Shown piece after piece: positions 1 through 50,472 of a stretch of 64,000 nt of DNA; the stretch's first letter is position 1, and every line of letters begins with the position of its first letter. Made by a program: the position numbers and the translations under genes. The stretch is from the NCBI GenBank assembly GCA_002269645.1, contig NIVC01001122.1:124001-188000 (forward strand), written 5' to 3'. A model generated the notes under the pieces. It was not told where the DNA came from and searched no databases. It saw nothing but the letters and a program-made list of their open reading frames with translations. Source of the stretch: Macrostomum lignano. Its lineage: Eukaryota.

Positions 1-153
<153 letters not shown>

Positions 154-566
154 GGCCACAGTTGTTCCTTGTGGCAGTTAATCGCATACAGACCGCCCAT
201 CAAATATAATAGGATTTGACAGACGGAGCTCATCTGGATACGAGCGTACTATGTCCAGTCTAGTCGAGCCATCAGGTTAATCTCTCGATGCGATATCTAC
301 CCTCGTGGCATTGGGCTTAGCTGTAAAACTGCGTGGATTAAATGGGAGCACTCTTCGATATGAAGCGATTGGAGCTATAGGATTGGCCTCCATCAAATTT
401 TACTCAGTTTAATATCCGCAGGACTTCAGACTGTGCCGGCATTTTGAGGCTAATATTTTGATGGAATGACTTTGTTTGAGCACGAGATGTTGATTATATT
501 GAACACGATTCTGGACGTGTCTGATAGTATGTTTACTTCATCAATGATGTTTATCTACAGACTGCA

Positions 567-1448
567 TGGTTACCATAGAGATGTGTATTGACATGGACAA
601 GTTGCCATCAAAAGTGTGTAACTATATACAGACTGGTTACCATACCGATGTGTATTGACATGGACAAGTTGCCATCAAAAGTGTGTAACTATATACAGAC
701 TGGTTACCATACCGATGTGTATTGACATGGACAAGTTGCCATCAAGAGTGTGTAACTATATACAGACTGGTTACCATACCGATGTGTATTGACATGGACA
801 GGTTGCCATCAAGAGTGTGTAACTATATACAGACTGGTTACCATACCGATGTGTATTGACATGGACAAGTTGCCATCAAGAGTGTGTAACTATATACAGA
901 CTGGTTACCATACCGATGTGTATTGACATGGACAAGTTGCCATCAAGAGTGTGTAACTATATACAGACTGGTTACCATACCGATGTGTATTGACATGGAC
1001 AGGGTGCCATCAAAAGTGTGTAACTATATACAGACTGGTTACCATACCGATGTGTATTGACATGGACAGGTTGCCATCAAAAGTGTGTAACTATATACTG
1101 ACTGGTTACCATACCGATGTGTATTGACATGGACAAGTTGCCATCAAGAGTGTGTAACTATATACTGACTGGTTACCATACCGATGTGTATTGACATGGA
1201 CAAGTTGCCATCAAGAGTGTGTAACTATATACAGACTGGTTACCATACCGATGTGTATTGACATGGACAGGGTGCCATCAAGAGTGTGTAACTATATACA
1301 GACTGGTTACCATACCGATGTGTATTGACATGGACAGGGTGCCATCAAAAGTGTGTAACTATATACAGACTGGTTACCATACCGATGTGTATTGACATGG
1401 ACAAGTTGCCATCAAAAGTGTGTAACTATATACTGACTGGTTACCATA
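567..1448. repeat. 67-bp minisatellite, left part (13 full units plus a partial)
   Basis: Unit TGGTTACCATACCGATGTGTATTGACATGGACAAGTTGCCATCAAAAGTGTGTAACTATATACAGAC recurs at 567, 634, 701 ... 1438. Confidence 0.97.
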
Positions 1449-1545
1449 CTTACTTACTTACTAACTTACTACTGACGGGGGGCGCAGGCGCCGCGAATAG
1501 GCCGCGAGGCCCCTATCGCAACCCCAAGGTAAAAGAGCACAAGGA

Positions 1546-3960
1546 TTAGCCTTGGGGGTGCGCCCAGTCCCCGCCAGTAGTCGGCAGGTCCGCAGTGGAG
1601 GCATCGGCGACCCTCATCCGGCCGGAGTCCCGGACGAAGGCGCGGAGGTCTCGGATATTGTCCGCGGTGGTCAGCTCGTCCATCCGCTGGGGGTGGCCGA
1701 GGTATTTGTGCCGCGCCTTGTTGAAGTAAGGGCAGAAGGTGACGTGATGCTCCGCGGTCTCCTCTCCTATGCCACAGAAGGGACAGGTGGGAGGGCAACC
1801 GGTTTGCAACGATATATGTCTCTGGAAGAATCCGTGGCCGGTTAGGACCATGCACATCTCCCTGAGGTCGGTTCTGTTAAGCGAAATCAGATAATCAGAG
1901 ACTTTCCTGTTCAGGTTAGGCATGGCAGAGCGGCTCTGCCTGTACTCGGTGCAGCTGTTCCAGTGGAGCTGGTGCTGCTGATGGAGCCACCTGTTGATAT
2001 GGCGGGTGACTTGCGACCTGGGGGTGGGTAGCCTCATCAGACGGTGGTTGCCGTCTGGGTTGCTGCCCTCCTTGGCGAGAGAGTCCGCGAGCTCGTTGCC
2101 CAGGATGTTGCTGTGACCAGGTGTCCAGATAATTCTAATCCTGTTAAGGACTGAGAGAGATTGCACACTGCGGTGGCATTGAGATACTGTAGCAGCGGAG
2201 ATATTCTCAGTGGTTAAGGCCTTAATAGCAGCTTGGCTATCAGTGTAGAAATTAATGTCAAAATTATTAATGTTCGCCTGAAACAGTTGCTGGGCACACT
2301 GCTCAATGGCGCAAATTTCAGCTTGGAAAACTGAGGTGTTCTCACCGAGGTGCAGACTTTCCTGGAGAAGCATCTTACCCTCGTGGAAAATGGCAATACC
2401 CGCTCCAGCGCGGCCGTTGAACAGCGAGCCGTCGGTGAAGCAGTGAATGCCCTGGCTGCGCCGGTTCACACCGACATCCAGCGGAATGTTGTCTCGGCCA
2501 GGGATGGCGGTCTTGAAGCCCCTCCTGATGTTGAGGGCGGGAGGTCGACTATCCACATTGCCCAGGTCCATGTGGATGTTGTTAAGGTCGCGGCGGACAA
2601 AGTCCATATGCGGGATTAATGTTTTCATTGGCATAAAGCCAGAGGGCGCGTTATTTAACGTTTTATCTCTGATAAGCCGGGAGGCAGACTTCATAGCCTC
2701 CGCCCTAATAAATAGGTGAAGCGGAGGTAGGTTAAGGATAGTGTTCAGCCCCTCGTAAGGGGTGGACGGGTACGCACCTGTGATGGCACGGCAAATGCTG
2801 CCCTGAAGCTGGTACAGCCGCTGACGGGCGGCCTTCTGCTCCAGCACGCTAGTCCAGATGAGACTCGCGTATGTGATACTGGGCCGGATGATGCCGGTAT
2901 AAATCCAACGGACCGTTCTAGGCGAGAGGCCCCAAGTCGGCCCGATGGCTCTGCGCAGCTGGGCAAAGCAGCGTTTTGCCCGACCGATGACGTTATCAAG
3001 GTGCTTCGTCCAGCGCAGGTCATGCGTTAGCGTCACACCGAGGTATTTGACCTCCTTCTTGAAGGGGATGTTTCTGCCATAGACAGTGAGGTTTTTCATC
3101 TCCCACTTACGGCGCTTGGTGAAAACGACAGCGACAGTCTTAGTGACGCTGATTTTTAGGCCATGCTGTGTAGCCCAGTCGGCCGCCTTGTCGGCGAATT
3201 GCTGCATCAGGTTGCGCAGAGTGGCGGGGTCGGGTCCGCTGACGACCGCGGCAACGTCATCGGCGTAGCCCGCCCTGGTGATACTGCTGGGAATGTCAGC
3301 GGTTAGAAGTTCGTCCATGACGAGATTCCAGAGAAGTGGAGTTAGCACGCCACCTTGCGGGCCGCATTTCATCACCGCCCGGGTGAGGGTAACGCCCATA
3401 AGTGTGGATGTCACAAACCTTTTGCGGATCATAAAATAAATCCAGCGAACAATGCTGTGTCTTACATTCCTGCGGGAAAGAGAATTTCTGAAGGAGCGGA
3501 AGAGGACATTGTCAAATGCTCCTTCGAAGTCAACGAACAACCCGCAAGCGAGTTGTTTGCTAAGGATGGCACTCTCAATTTTGGAGGTAATGGCGTGGAG
3601 AGCATGCTCAGTCGTCCTCCCAGGCTGGAAGGCGTACTGGTACTTACTGACAGGGTCGGAGCGCAGGTCGCACTCTCGAAGCCTCCACAGGATGAGCCTC
3701 TCCATCAGCTTAACACAAAAGGAAGTGAGGCTGATGGGCCGGAAGGATTTCACGTTGGTGTAGTCACCCTTAGCAGGTTTCGGGATGAACACGACTCTGG
3801 ACATTCTCCAGATTGTGGGAATGTAACCTGTGGTATAACAGTCAACAAGCAATTTAGAGAAAGAATCAGCAAAGTTTTGCAGCTTTAGCGCCTCCTGCAG
3901 GATACAGGGGGCGATATTGTCAGGGCCAGACGATTTATACGGTTTAAAAGAATTTGCTGC
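1546..3960 (-). CDS. Retrotransposon ORF2, C-terminal part: reverse transcriptase, RNase H, CCHC zinc finger
   Basis: [51 protein letters not shown]; RNase H FTDGS / FQAEICAI / YTDSQAAI / WTPGH..GNELAD; CX2CX8HX4C (CPFC..H..C). Confidence 0.95.
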   Translation of the reverse strand, partial: AANSFKPYKSSGPDNIAPCILQEALKLQNFADSFSKLLVDCYTTGYIPTIWRMSRVVFIPKPAKGDYTNVKSFRPISLTSFCVKLMERLILWRLRECDLRSDPVSKYQYAFQPGRTTEHALHAITSKIESAILSKQLACGLFVDFEGAFDNVLFRSFRNSLSRRNVRHSIVRWIYFMIRKRFVTSTLMGVTLTRAVMKCGPQGGVLTPLLWNLVMDELLTADIPSSITRAGYADDVAAVVSGPDPATLRNLMQQFADKAADWATQHGLKISVTKTVAVVFTKRRKWEMKNLTVYGRNIPFKKEVKYLGVTLTHDLRWTKHLDNVIGRAKRCFAQLRRAIGPTWGLSPRTVRWIYTGIIRPSITYASLIWTSVLEQKAARQRLYQLQGSICRAITGAYPSTPYEGLNTILNLPPLHLFIRAEAMKSASRLIRDKTLNNAPSGFMPMKTLIPHMDFVRRDLNNIHMDLGNVDSRPPALNIRRGFKTAIPGRDNIPLDVGVNRRSQGIHCFTDGSLFNGRAGAGIAIFHEGKMLLQESLHLGENTSVFQAEICAIEQCAQQLFQANINNFDINFYTDSQAAIKALTTENISAATVSQCHRSVQSLSVLNRIRIIWTPGHSNILGNELADSLAKEGSNPDGNHRLMRLPTPRSQVTRHINRWLHQQHQLHWNSCTEYRQSRSAMPNLNRKVSDYLISLNRTDLREMCMVLTGHGFFQRHISLQTGCPPTCPFCGIGEETAEHHVTFCPYFNKARHKYLGHPQRMDELTTADNIRDLRAFVRDSGRMRVADASTADLPTTGGDWAHPQG

Positions 3961-5362
3961 CAGCTGGAGTAGCTGGGGGTGGCGCACTGCTGGAAAAGCT
4001 TGTGATCACAAGGCCTGTGGTCATCGACCACGTACTCCGGTTCGTCAACCTGCGGAAAGCAGGTGGAGAAAAGAAGATTTAGCGAACCTTCGGCACTGGT
4101 AGTGTAGTTACCATCCAGGTGCAGAAGGGAGTTACACTGAGCTAGCGTGTCGTGCCTGAGAGTCCTGACCAGCCGGGCTGTGGGGTGTTGCCCTTCCAGG
4201 CCGGCGCAGTAGGCTTTCCAGGTGGTCTTCTTAGCCCTTCGGATAGCACTTTTGTACATCCTCAGAGCAGAGTGGTAGTTCTCCCAATCCTCTGGGGTAT
4301 TCGAGCCGTTTGCGAGGCGTTGCAGTCGGCGGGTGTTTTTCTTCATGCGAGTGAGCTCTTGACTCCACCAAGGAGAGTATTTCTTCCTGCAAAACAGCTT
4401 AGGGGCGTTAGCGCGTATGGCGGTGTTTAGGATCTCAACGAGGGAGTTGCACCGATGCTCAATGCCAGGGAGATCCTCGCTGGAGTCCGGTAAGTTGGCT
4501 TCGGTCAGGAGTTTTAGCAGGTCTCTTCGAAAACCTGTCCAGTCGGCCTTTTTCAAATTAAGGCGGTCCCGGTTCTCATGACGGGCTCCGACGGAGCTGA
4601 TGCTGTACTGAATGTACGAGTGGTCGGAAAGCGATGGGAGGTCATCCCTAACCAGCCAGCTGTGGACCTGATTGAGGGCGTTGTTGGAGACGAGAGTGAG
4701 GTCGATAACCTCACGCCGATTAGAGACAATAAATGTGGGTTTGCTGCCTCTGTTGCAAATGTGTAACGAGGAGGAGTTAATGAAATCAATTAGTAAGTCA
4801 CCGCGCCTGTTAGTATCGCTACTAGACCAGGCAGTGTTGTGGGCGTTAGCATCGCAGCTAACGATAAGCTTCCGATCCTGGAGATTACAGAAGTCCGCCA
4901 GCTCCTGCAGGAGGGGGGGAGGGACGTCCTCCTGAATGTCCAGGTAAGCGGAAACGAAGGTCAAGTCAAAGACTGAGAAAGTACACATGTCTTTAGAGCA
5001 AAACATTGGCATAATAGTGGCCGGGAGGTCGTTTTTGACGAGGGCGATAGCTCTGGGGGTGTCGTTCGCGCAGAGGTACAGAACCTGATAGCCTGGCGGC
5101 AGGCAGGTCGGCTTCCCCTTGCGGGTATACGGTTCCTGAATAAGGTAGATGTCAACTTCCTTGTTGGCAAAGGTGCCTGAAAGGTTGCTAGATGCTGCAA
5201 GGGCGTGGTGCAGGTTGATCTGAATAATGTGCAGGTTAACAGGTTGGTTCGCCGGCGGCGGATTATTTATTTGGTTGCTGGTGGCAGTGTCATCATTGGG
5301 CTGGCCGTTAAGGTTCGCCCTCAGCGCCCCGCTCCTAGTTTGGCACGGGGTTGGGAACGGCA

Positions 5363-5363
<1 letters not shown>
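3961..5363 (-). CDS. Retrotransposon ORF2, N-terminal part: apurinic-like endonuclease (APE); joined to the RT part across a -1 frameshift near 3960
   Basis: [42 protein letters not shown] motifs; ATG at 5363. Confidence 0.93.
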
Positions 5364-6631
<1,268 letters not shown>

Positions 6632-6872
6632 TTAGCCAGCAGCCAACTACTTAGCAGCCACCTGCCCCGCAAAAAAGCAGCAGGGGGGATCCGTCCCCCA
6701 CCAGCAGACCAAGACGAGGAAGCTAGCCGCTTCCACGCCAGGCCAGAACGAAAAGGAGGGGGAAGAGCCTCCTCGAAAAACGAAAAGCTGGCGGATGTCA
6801 CAGAGTCCCTCGGTTTAAGTTGCCGTTTGCCCCCCGACTGGTTACCATAGAAATGTTACCATATTATACTAA

Positions 6873-7090
6873 GGTTACCATAGAGATGTGTATTGACATG
6901 GACAAGTTGCCATCAAGAGTGTGTAACTATATACTGACTGGTTACCATACCGATGTGTATTGACATGGACAAGTTGCCATCAAGAGTGTGTAACTATATA
7001 CTGACTGGTTACCATACCGATGTGTATTGACATGGACAAGTTGCCATCAAAAGTGTGTAACTATATACAGACTGGTTACCATAGAGATGT
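6873..7090. repeat. 67-bp minisatellite, right part (about 3 units)
   Basis: Same unit as 567-1448 resumes after the retroelement. Confidence 0.95.
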
Positions 7091-7193
7091 ATATTACAAA
7101 CCTATAAATGCAATACAAATGGTTTTAGTCTAGTTTACAATTGCTGAGCACTACTCAAGCTAATGCTAATGACTCCATAAACAATTCTCACAG

Positions 7194-44620
<37,427 letters not shown>

Positions 44621-45254
44621 CAGCCGGCTTCTATTTATAGATTCCAGTATGAAAATACAGCTAATAACCGTTCCGTATTCTGACTGTGATGCCTAGCGGT
44701 GAAGTATTCTTTCAGCCATGATGCACGCAGTCGCTGGCACTATTGGACCTGATATAACGTTTCGTTACCTATAAAAGTGCAAGCAATACGTTTCTTCTTC
44801 TTAGTAAAAGTTAAAAGTGCATGCATCTAAGTCAGCAGACACAACTAAAACAATCATTTCTTCCCTTTGTCACCACAGACTATAAATGTCAACTTGAGCT
44901 GCATTAAATTACATGAAAGGAAGAAACTGCACCTGTCTGTCTGTCAGTTCAAAATGCAGAGCCAATGCACACGGAAACACACACACGAGAGTTGTTATCT
45001 CAAAATAATTTTGGTTTTGAGGGTGCAGCAACAGCAAGATACATTTTTCTGTATTCATTACATGTACTGTGCTGTGAAAGTTCTTATGATTTTGAGAAGA
45101 AATTACTTGACGACATGAAACAGAGAAGGTTTATTTTGAATCATTTTGACATTTTGAACTGACAGATGCAATTTATTGATTTCATGTAATCTGACGCATC
45201 CTACCGTTATTCCGTTATTGATAACAAAACAGGATACAAAAAAGGCTTTCAATT

Positions 45255-45260
45255 AATAAA
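45255..45260 (+). terminator. Candidate polyadenylation signal of the dystrophin-like gene
   Basis: AATAAA about 635 nt after the stop, followed by T-rich sequence. Confidence 0.4.
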
Positions 45261-46379
45261 ATTCAGCACTAAAACTGAGTTGATTCTCAAACTAATCTTG
45301 TTTATGCTGTTTCGATGCAAAGATATTTTTTGACGTTTTTTGTGTCATTTTTAGTCTAGAAGTGCTCGTGCTGGCAAGCACTATCGAGTTCAGCTAAAAT
45401 TCAAATTCAAAGACTAAAGTTAAACAAAAAAACCTAACCAAATTTTCATGCATTGCATTGCAGTGCTTTGCTATTTGTTAATTTGCCTGTCGTGTTTAAA
45501 TTTCTGTTAAAATATTCGCCAAGCTAAAAATGCGCCATAATAATTTATTTTGTCTTCCGAGACGGACTCCAAGCGAACCCTTGAATTAATATTCAACTTC
45601 GAACAAAACTATTAAGTTTTTTCACTGACAACTATAGTTACTAGCATGTTACAAGTATTATACAAATCTGTAATACTTGTAACATGCTAGTAATACCCCT
45701 GATATTATTTCGCTGCATCCTTGTAATTCTTATCATACTTAAACATTCGAATACTAGATATAGCTAATTTATATTTCCTAAACAGCATATTTTTATTTTA
45801 TTTTCTCTTGCTAGAACGGAAGCCTGCTAAAGAAAGCCTATGATTTGTTTTAATCTATGAACTATAACTGCTATTCTGTTTTAAATTTGATATCTGTGTT
45901 ATTTTAAGGCGTTCAGATCGCAGAATTTGTCATGTTTGCCAGTTTTCGCAAATCAGAAGATTCTCTATCTGAATTATTTTTGTTACACTGGCTGTCGCTG
46001 TTTTTCGACCAAAAGCAACAAAAAAATTCACTCTCATCATCGGCTTAAGATTTTGAGAATTTCGACCATTTGCGATTGCAACACTAAAAAATACAGTTTA
46101 AACTAACTCCCCTTTCGTTATACTGAAAGCGTGGGTTATTTGCTTTGAAAAATATACGCTCGTATTTAAAACGAGTCTCTCTTATTAAACTAAATCATGA
46201 TAAGTTAAAAGCAAAATTTAAGAATTCAAGAATTCACTCCTAGAACTAGACTAGCCATCTAGTGCCCCCTTCGGGGCGCCCAATAAGCAAGGAGCAAAAA
46301 TTATTCATGAAAATCCATTAAAAAGCACATTTTCTTGAGAACCGATTCCTTCTTCAGTTCTATATGTCACCTTATTCGA

Positions 46380-46920
46380 GCATCCCCAGATAGCAAGCAT
46401 CCCCAGATAGCAAGCATCCCCCAGATTGCAAGCATCCCCAGATAGCAAGCATCCCCCAGATTGCAAGCATCCCCAGATAGCAAGCATCCCCAGATAGCAA
46501 GCATCCCCCAGATTGCAAGCATCCCCAGATAGCAAGCATCCCCCAGATTGCAAGCATCCCCAGATAGCAAGCATCCCCAGATAGCAAGCATCCCCCAGAT
46601 TGCAAGCATAACCAGATAGCAAGCATCCCCAGATAGCAAGCATCCCCAGATAGCAAGCATCCCCAGATAGCAAGCATCCCCTGATAGCAAGCATCCCCAG
46701 ATAGCAAGCATCCCTGGATAGCAAGCATCCCTGGATAGCAAGCATCCCCAGATAGCAAGCATCCCCCAGATTGCAAGCATCCCCAGATAGCAAGCATCCC
46801 TGGATAGCAAGCATCCTTCCGATAGCAAGCATCCCCCCCCCCCCCAATAGCAAGCATCCCTCAGATAGCAAGCATCCCCCTGATACCAAACACCTATCCT
46901 TAAATAGCAAGCATCCACCA
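46380..46920. repeat. 17/18-bp minisatellite (GATAGCAAGCATCCCCA)
   Basis: About 31 units. Confidence 0.96.
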
Positions 46921-46925
46921 GACAA

Positions 46926-47629
46926 CAAGGGGTCGGCAACTTTTTTCCACTTGAGGGCCAGATGAGGTTTTCAGTCCAAGACCACGGGCCACAGGGGCGC
47001 ACCCCGAGGGGGCGCGGGGAACAGTTACCCCCCCTTAGGTGGAGACCTGCAGAAAATCAAAGGGGGACCAAACGCATTTTTTCCACAATACAGGAGCCGC
47101 CCCTTCCGCCCACCCCCCGCCCGCCCCACCCCCCTTGGGGTCTTTACCCTCCAGGATCTGCCCCTCAACAAATTTCTGGTTGTGCCACTGACAGGCCAGA
47201 ATATTCGATACTGAAGAACCAGATACAAAAGTGAATACAATTGGATGCATTCTATGAAAGTCCGATTTCACTGTACAGTCAGCCCTATTAATGTACTTTG
47301 GAACCCCCGTTGTTGGCCAGCTCCACCATCCCAATTTCCTTCGCCGGCAGTTCCCCTATTTCCATTCTATTCGAAGTTTTAACTGAGGTGCTGTCTGTCT
47401 AGACTCTAGACTTTGTAAACAGCCACTCACACTCAGTTCGTGTCTCATTACTCATTTGTCATTAAAATTGCCAATTGAGGGGAGGAAATCCCAATTTTCA
47501 GGGGACAAAAATTTGTGGACCAAATAATGAAGTTCCTATGAAGGTGCAGGCCGGATTATGATAATAAAGATTAAGGAAGTTCGCGGGCCACATAGAAAGT
47601 CTTTGCGGGCCGGAGGTTGCCGACCCTTG
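46926..47629. mobile_element. Non-autonomous hAT-like element (about 700 bp)
   Basis: TIRs CAAGGGGTCGGCAAC (46926-46940) and GTTGCCGACCCTTG (47616-47629), close to the CAGGGGTCGGCAAC termini of Charlie-type hATs; TSD not visible. Confidence 0.7.
46992..47190. mobile_element. 199-bp hAT-like MITE nested in the previous element
   Basis: TIRs CAGGGGCGCACCC / CAGTGGCACAACC (10 of 13); 8-bp TSD ACGGGCCA / ACAGGCCA (7 of 8). Confidence 0.65.
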
Positions 47630-47707
47630 TAAAGTGCAACAAATCTCAGCTTTATAGTGGCTCCTTTATGTTTGGCATGACGCTTCTTTTACATTTGAAA
47701 TGGTGTC

Positions 47708-47900
47708 TCTTTTATGATTGACATTGTGGCTCTTTTATGATTGACATTGTGGCTCTTTTATGATTGACATTGTGGCTCTTTTATGATTGACATTGTGGCT
47801 CTTTTATGATTGAAATTGTGGCTCTTTTATGATTGACGTTGTGGCTCTTTTATGATTGACATTGTGGCTCTTTTATGATTGACATTGTGGCTCTTTTATG
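47708..47900. repeat. 23-bp minisatellite (TTTTATGATTGACATTGTGGCTC)
   Basis: About 8 units plus degenerate flanks. Confidence 0.93.
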
Positions 47901-50410
47901 TTTCCCATGTTGTTTCTATTATGTTTGACCTGACGCTTCTTTTATGTTGTATATGGTGCCTCTTTTATGTTTTACACGATGCCTCTTATTTTTTTACATT
48001 AAGTTTCTTTTATGTTTGACATGGTGGCTCTCACGTTTAACTTGCTGAATTACATTACCGAGAACATAACCGAGAGCAGACCGTTCAACAAATGTAACGT
48101 GATGCTGATTTTTAATTGAATTGCGAAATTTGAGGGTATTATAGGGTCCTAATTTCATTGTTCATAGTCGCTATAATTGTGCGCCATTAGAAACAGGTTG
48201 GCTGTCCTTGGATTAAATTGACAGATCCTTTGATTCAAAAGCGAAGGCGATTCAGTCAGTCGATTAGGAAGTAAGCCAGTAGCGTAGTGTAGACAATGAG
48301 AGTCTTGCCAGATGATGTTGTTTCCAGAATTGCAACATTAATGCTTGTATGGGCCATTACTTTCCCGTCAAAGCACGCTTTGATGCCTATGCTCTGAAGA
48401 GCATATTTGCATACTAATTGCAATGCAAACTATCCATTATTATTTGCATAGCGAATGAGCTATTTAATGGAACAAAGGAGAGAACAGTTTGCATTGCATT
48501 TAGGCAGTTATCTAGCGTGCATTATATTCTTGTTTGATCAACATTCATATACACAGCCCTTATGAGATAAAAGCATGTATCCACCATGATGTTGACCTGC
48601 TTGAGCACACAATTTTTGCTTTTCTCTTTCGACCTATCTGGAGACATTCTAAATTGATTGCCATCCATTATTGCTGTATAGGAACTAAGAAAACTACCGA
48701 AAATTATCCGTCTATTACTAGCAGTAGAGATAAAGTGCTTTTATCGTTTCTATTTATTGCCTTGTGCATGCATGCGTGCTTTCATTCATTGGAACCTAAG
48801 CATAAAAACTTGTCTCCTCGCTAGCTATATTGGTCGACTGCATGTCCTTTGATTTGCAATGGTGCCCAAAGCCTTCTCCAAACCAAATATACTGTATGCG
48901 AGCTATCACGTCAAAGAAGTTTGTTAGCTGTTTTAATCTTTAAAACTGGCCTTTAAGTTGCAAAATGGAACGGGTAAATTGTACATGCAGTATAGTTTCG
49001 AATGGGCGACAAAGTGTTAGAAACATGAACTGTGCTGCTGTATTTAAGACTTTTGACTACTCTACAAATGAAATGAGAAAATAGACATACAGGCAGACGA
49101 AAAAGACCATTTTCAAATATTATTAAAGCTTTGGGGACGTCATACAAAATTGTTGAACTTAACCTCATCTTCTGAATTTTCGACATCAAATAAAGATGAG
49201 AAAATAGATGTGGCCCTTCAATCGAATTCGTGTAACAAGTAATTTGTGTATAAAGCAAAAAAGTTTTATTAGCCATCTCAAAAATGCAAGTAATAAAGAA
49301 AAGGTCCCACCACAGCTTCTACCAAGGACTAACTACAGTGTGTACTGTATATAAGTCCGTAAAAGTATATATTAAGTGTGATTTATACCGTGGTCCTTGG
49401 CTTCCTACGCGTGCACCTTCAGTTGTTCTTGTAAGATTGTCGGCGTAACCTGTAGGCTTGGTCGAGAATTTGACTGGGAAATGAATGAAAGCTGACATAA
49501 AATACGCGTAAAATACGTTGAGCCACTGACTCATGTGCAAGAAATATTAAATATTTTAAACTAATAGTTGCAGTTTCAAATCAACTGATCGGATGAACAA
49601 GAGCAGAATTTTTTATACACATGCCGACATCTAAATAAAATGTATATAGAAGGTCTATAGAATGGCGTCTAAATAGATCCATATATAATCCATAATCCAT
49701 ATATAATGGATCACTTTACCAAGAAACTCTGGCAGCTGCAGACTATTGGTGATTAAAGTTATCACCTATACCTAAGTACCTATGCATGTAAAGTTGTCCT
49801 AGTAGTTTACCAGAAAATGCAGTATAAAAAGTTTTAACGATATAGCTATAAGACTAAAATTACAGTGTTATATAATTAAATCAAAATAATTTTTTTTCTT
49901 CAATTCTAGGTTCTAGCCAAGTTTTGTTTTCTGAAAAACATATGATTTGTCTCTCAGTTTTCGTGTCTTCGTGATTTCATCGCGAAATTTTAAACGGTTA
50001 ATTTTCGAAGAAACAAATTCTTGATACGAATTCACTTTTTTTAAAGATATACCGGTAGTAGACTAAGCATTATTAATATACTTTGTCTTATAAAATCTAT
50101 CAAAGCCCAAAGGTTAAAGAATTTTGTAGGTGATGTGAGCTTTCTTATTAGATCGTACTATATCGCGCAGCAAACGTTTTATCAATTTATTTATTTGCAA
50201 GTTAAAGTATTTTTCGGATTGTTGCTTATCGTTTCGGTAGTAACACAAGCACAAGGAAAAGAAAGTGCGATCTCTTAAGATCAATATGTTGTATTTTTTC
50301 TAAATACAAATGCTTGCCCGTTTTATTACAAAACCTTTTTATATGACTATGTTGATGACATGACTCATTAATATAGTTTCACAAGGTTTCCTGTTTGATC
50401 TAGTGACAGA

Positions 50411-50472
50411 ATGTACATTGTTCTTTTATTAATAGTTTTCATTGTTTCATGTCTCATCCTCTGTTTGCCAAG
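50411..50472 (+). CDS. BLTP2: BLTP2 exon 1, N-terminal transmembrane anchor (MYIVLLLIVFIVSCLILCLPR)
   Basis: Hydrophobic 20-mer, strong AG|GTAAAT donor, phase 2 matching exon 2. Confidence 0.75.

Noticed and set aside
223-275. Possible upstream dystrophin exon (TELIWIRAYYVQ)
   Set aside because: Weak donor and phase 2, incompatible with the phase-0 exon at 7194; too short to support.
45360-45392. Helitron-type terminal hairpin (AGTGCT...AGCACT), with a similar word at about 51455
   Set aside because: Only a 6-bp stem and no matching second terminus or CTRR end in the right position.
48296-48405. Alternative BLTP2 start (MRVLPDDVVSRIATLMLVWAITF)
   Set aside because: No credible donor and an early stop; the ATG at 50411 gives a better TM anchor, a strong donor and the correct phase.
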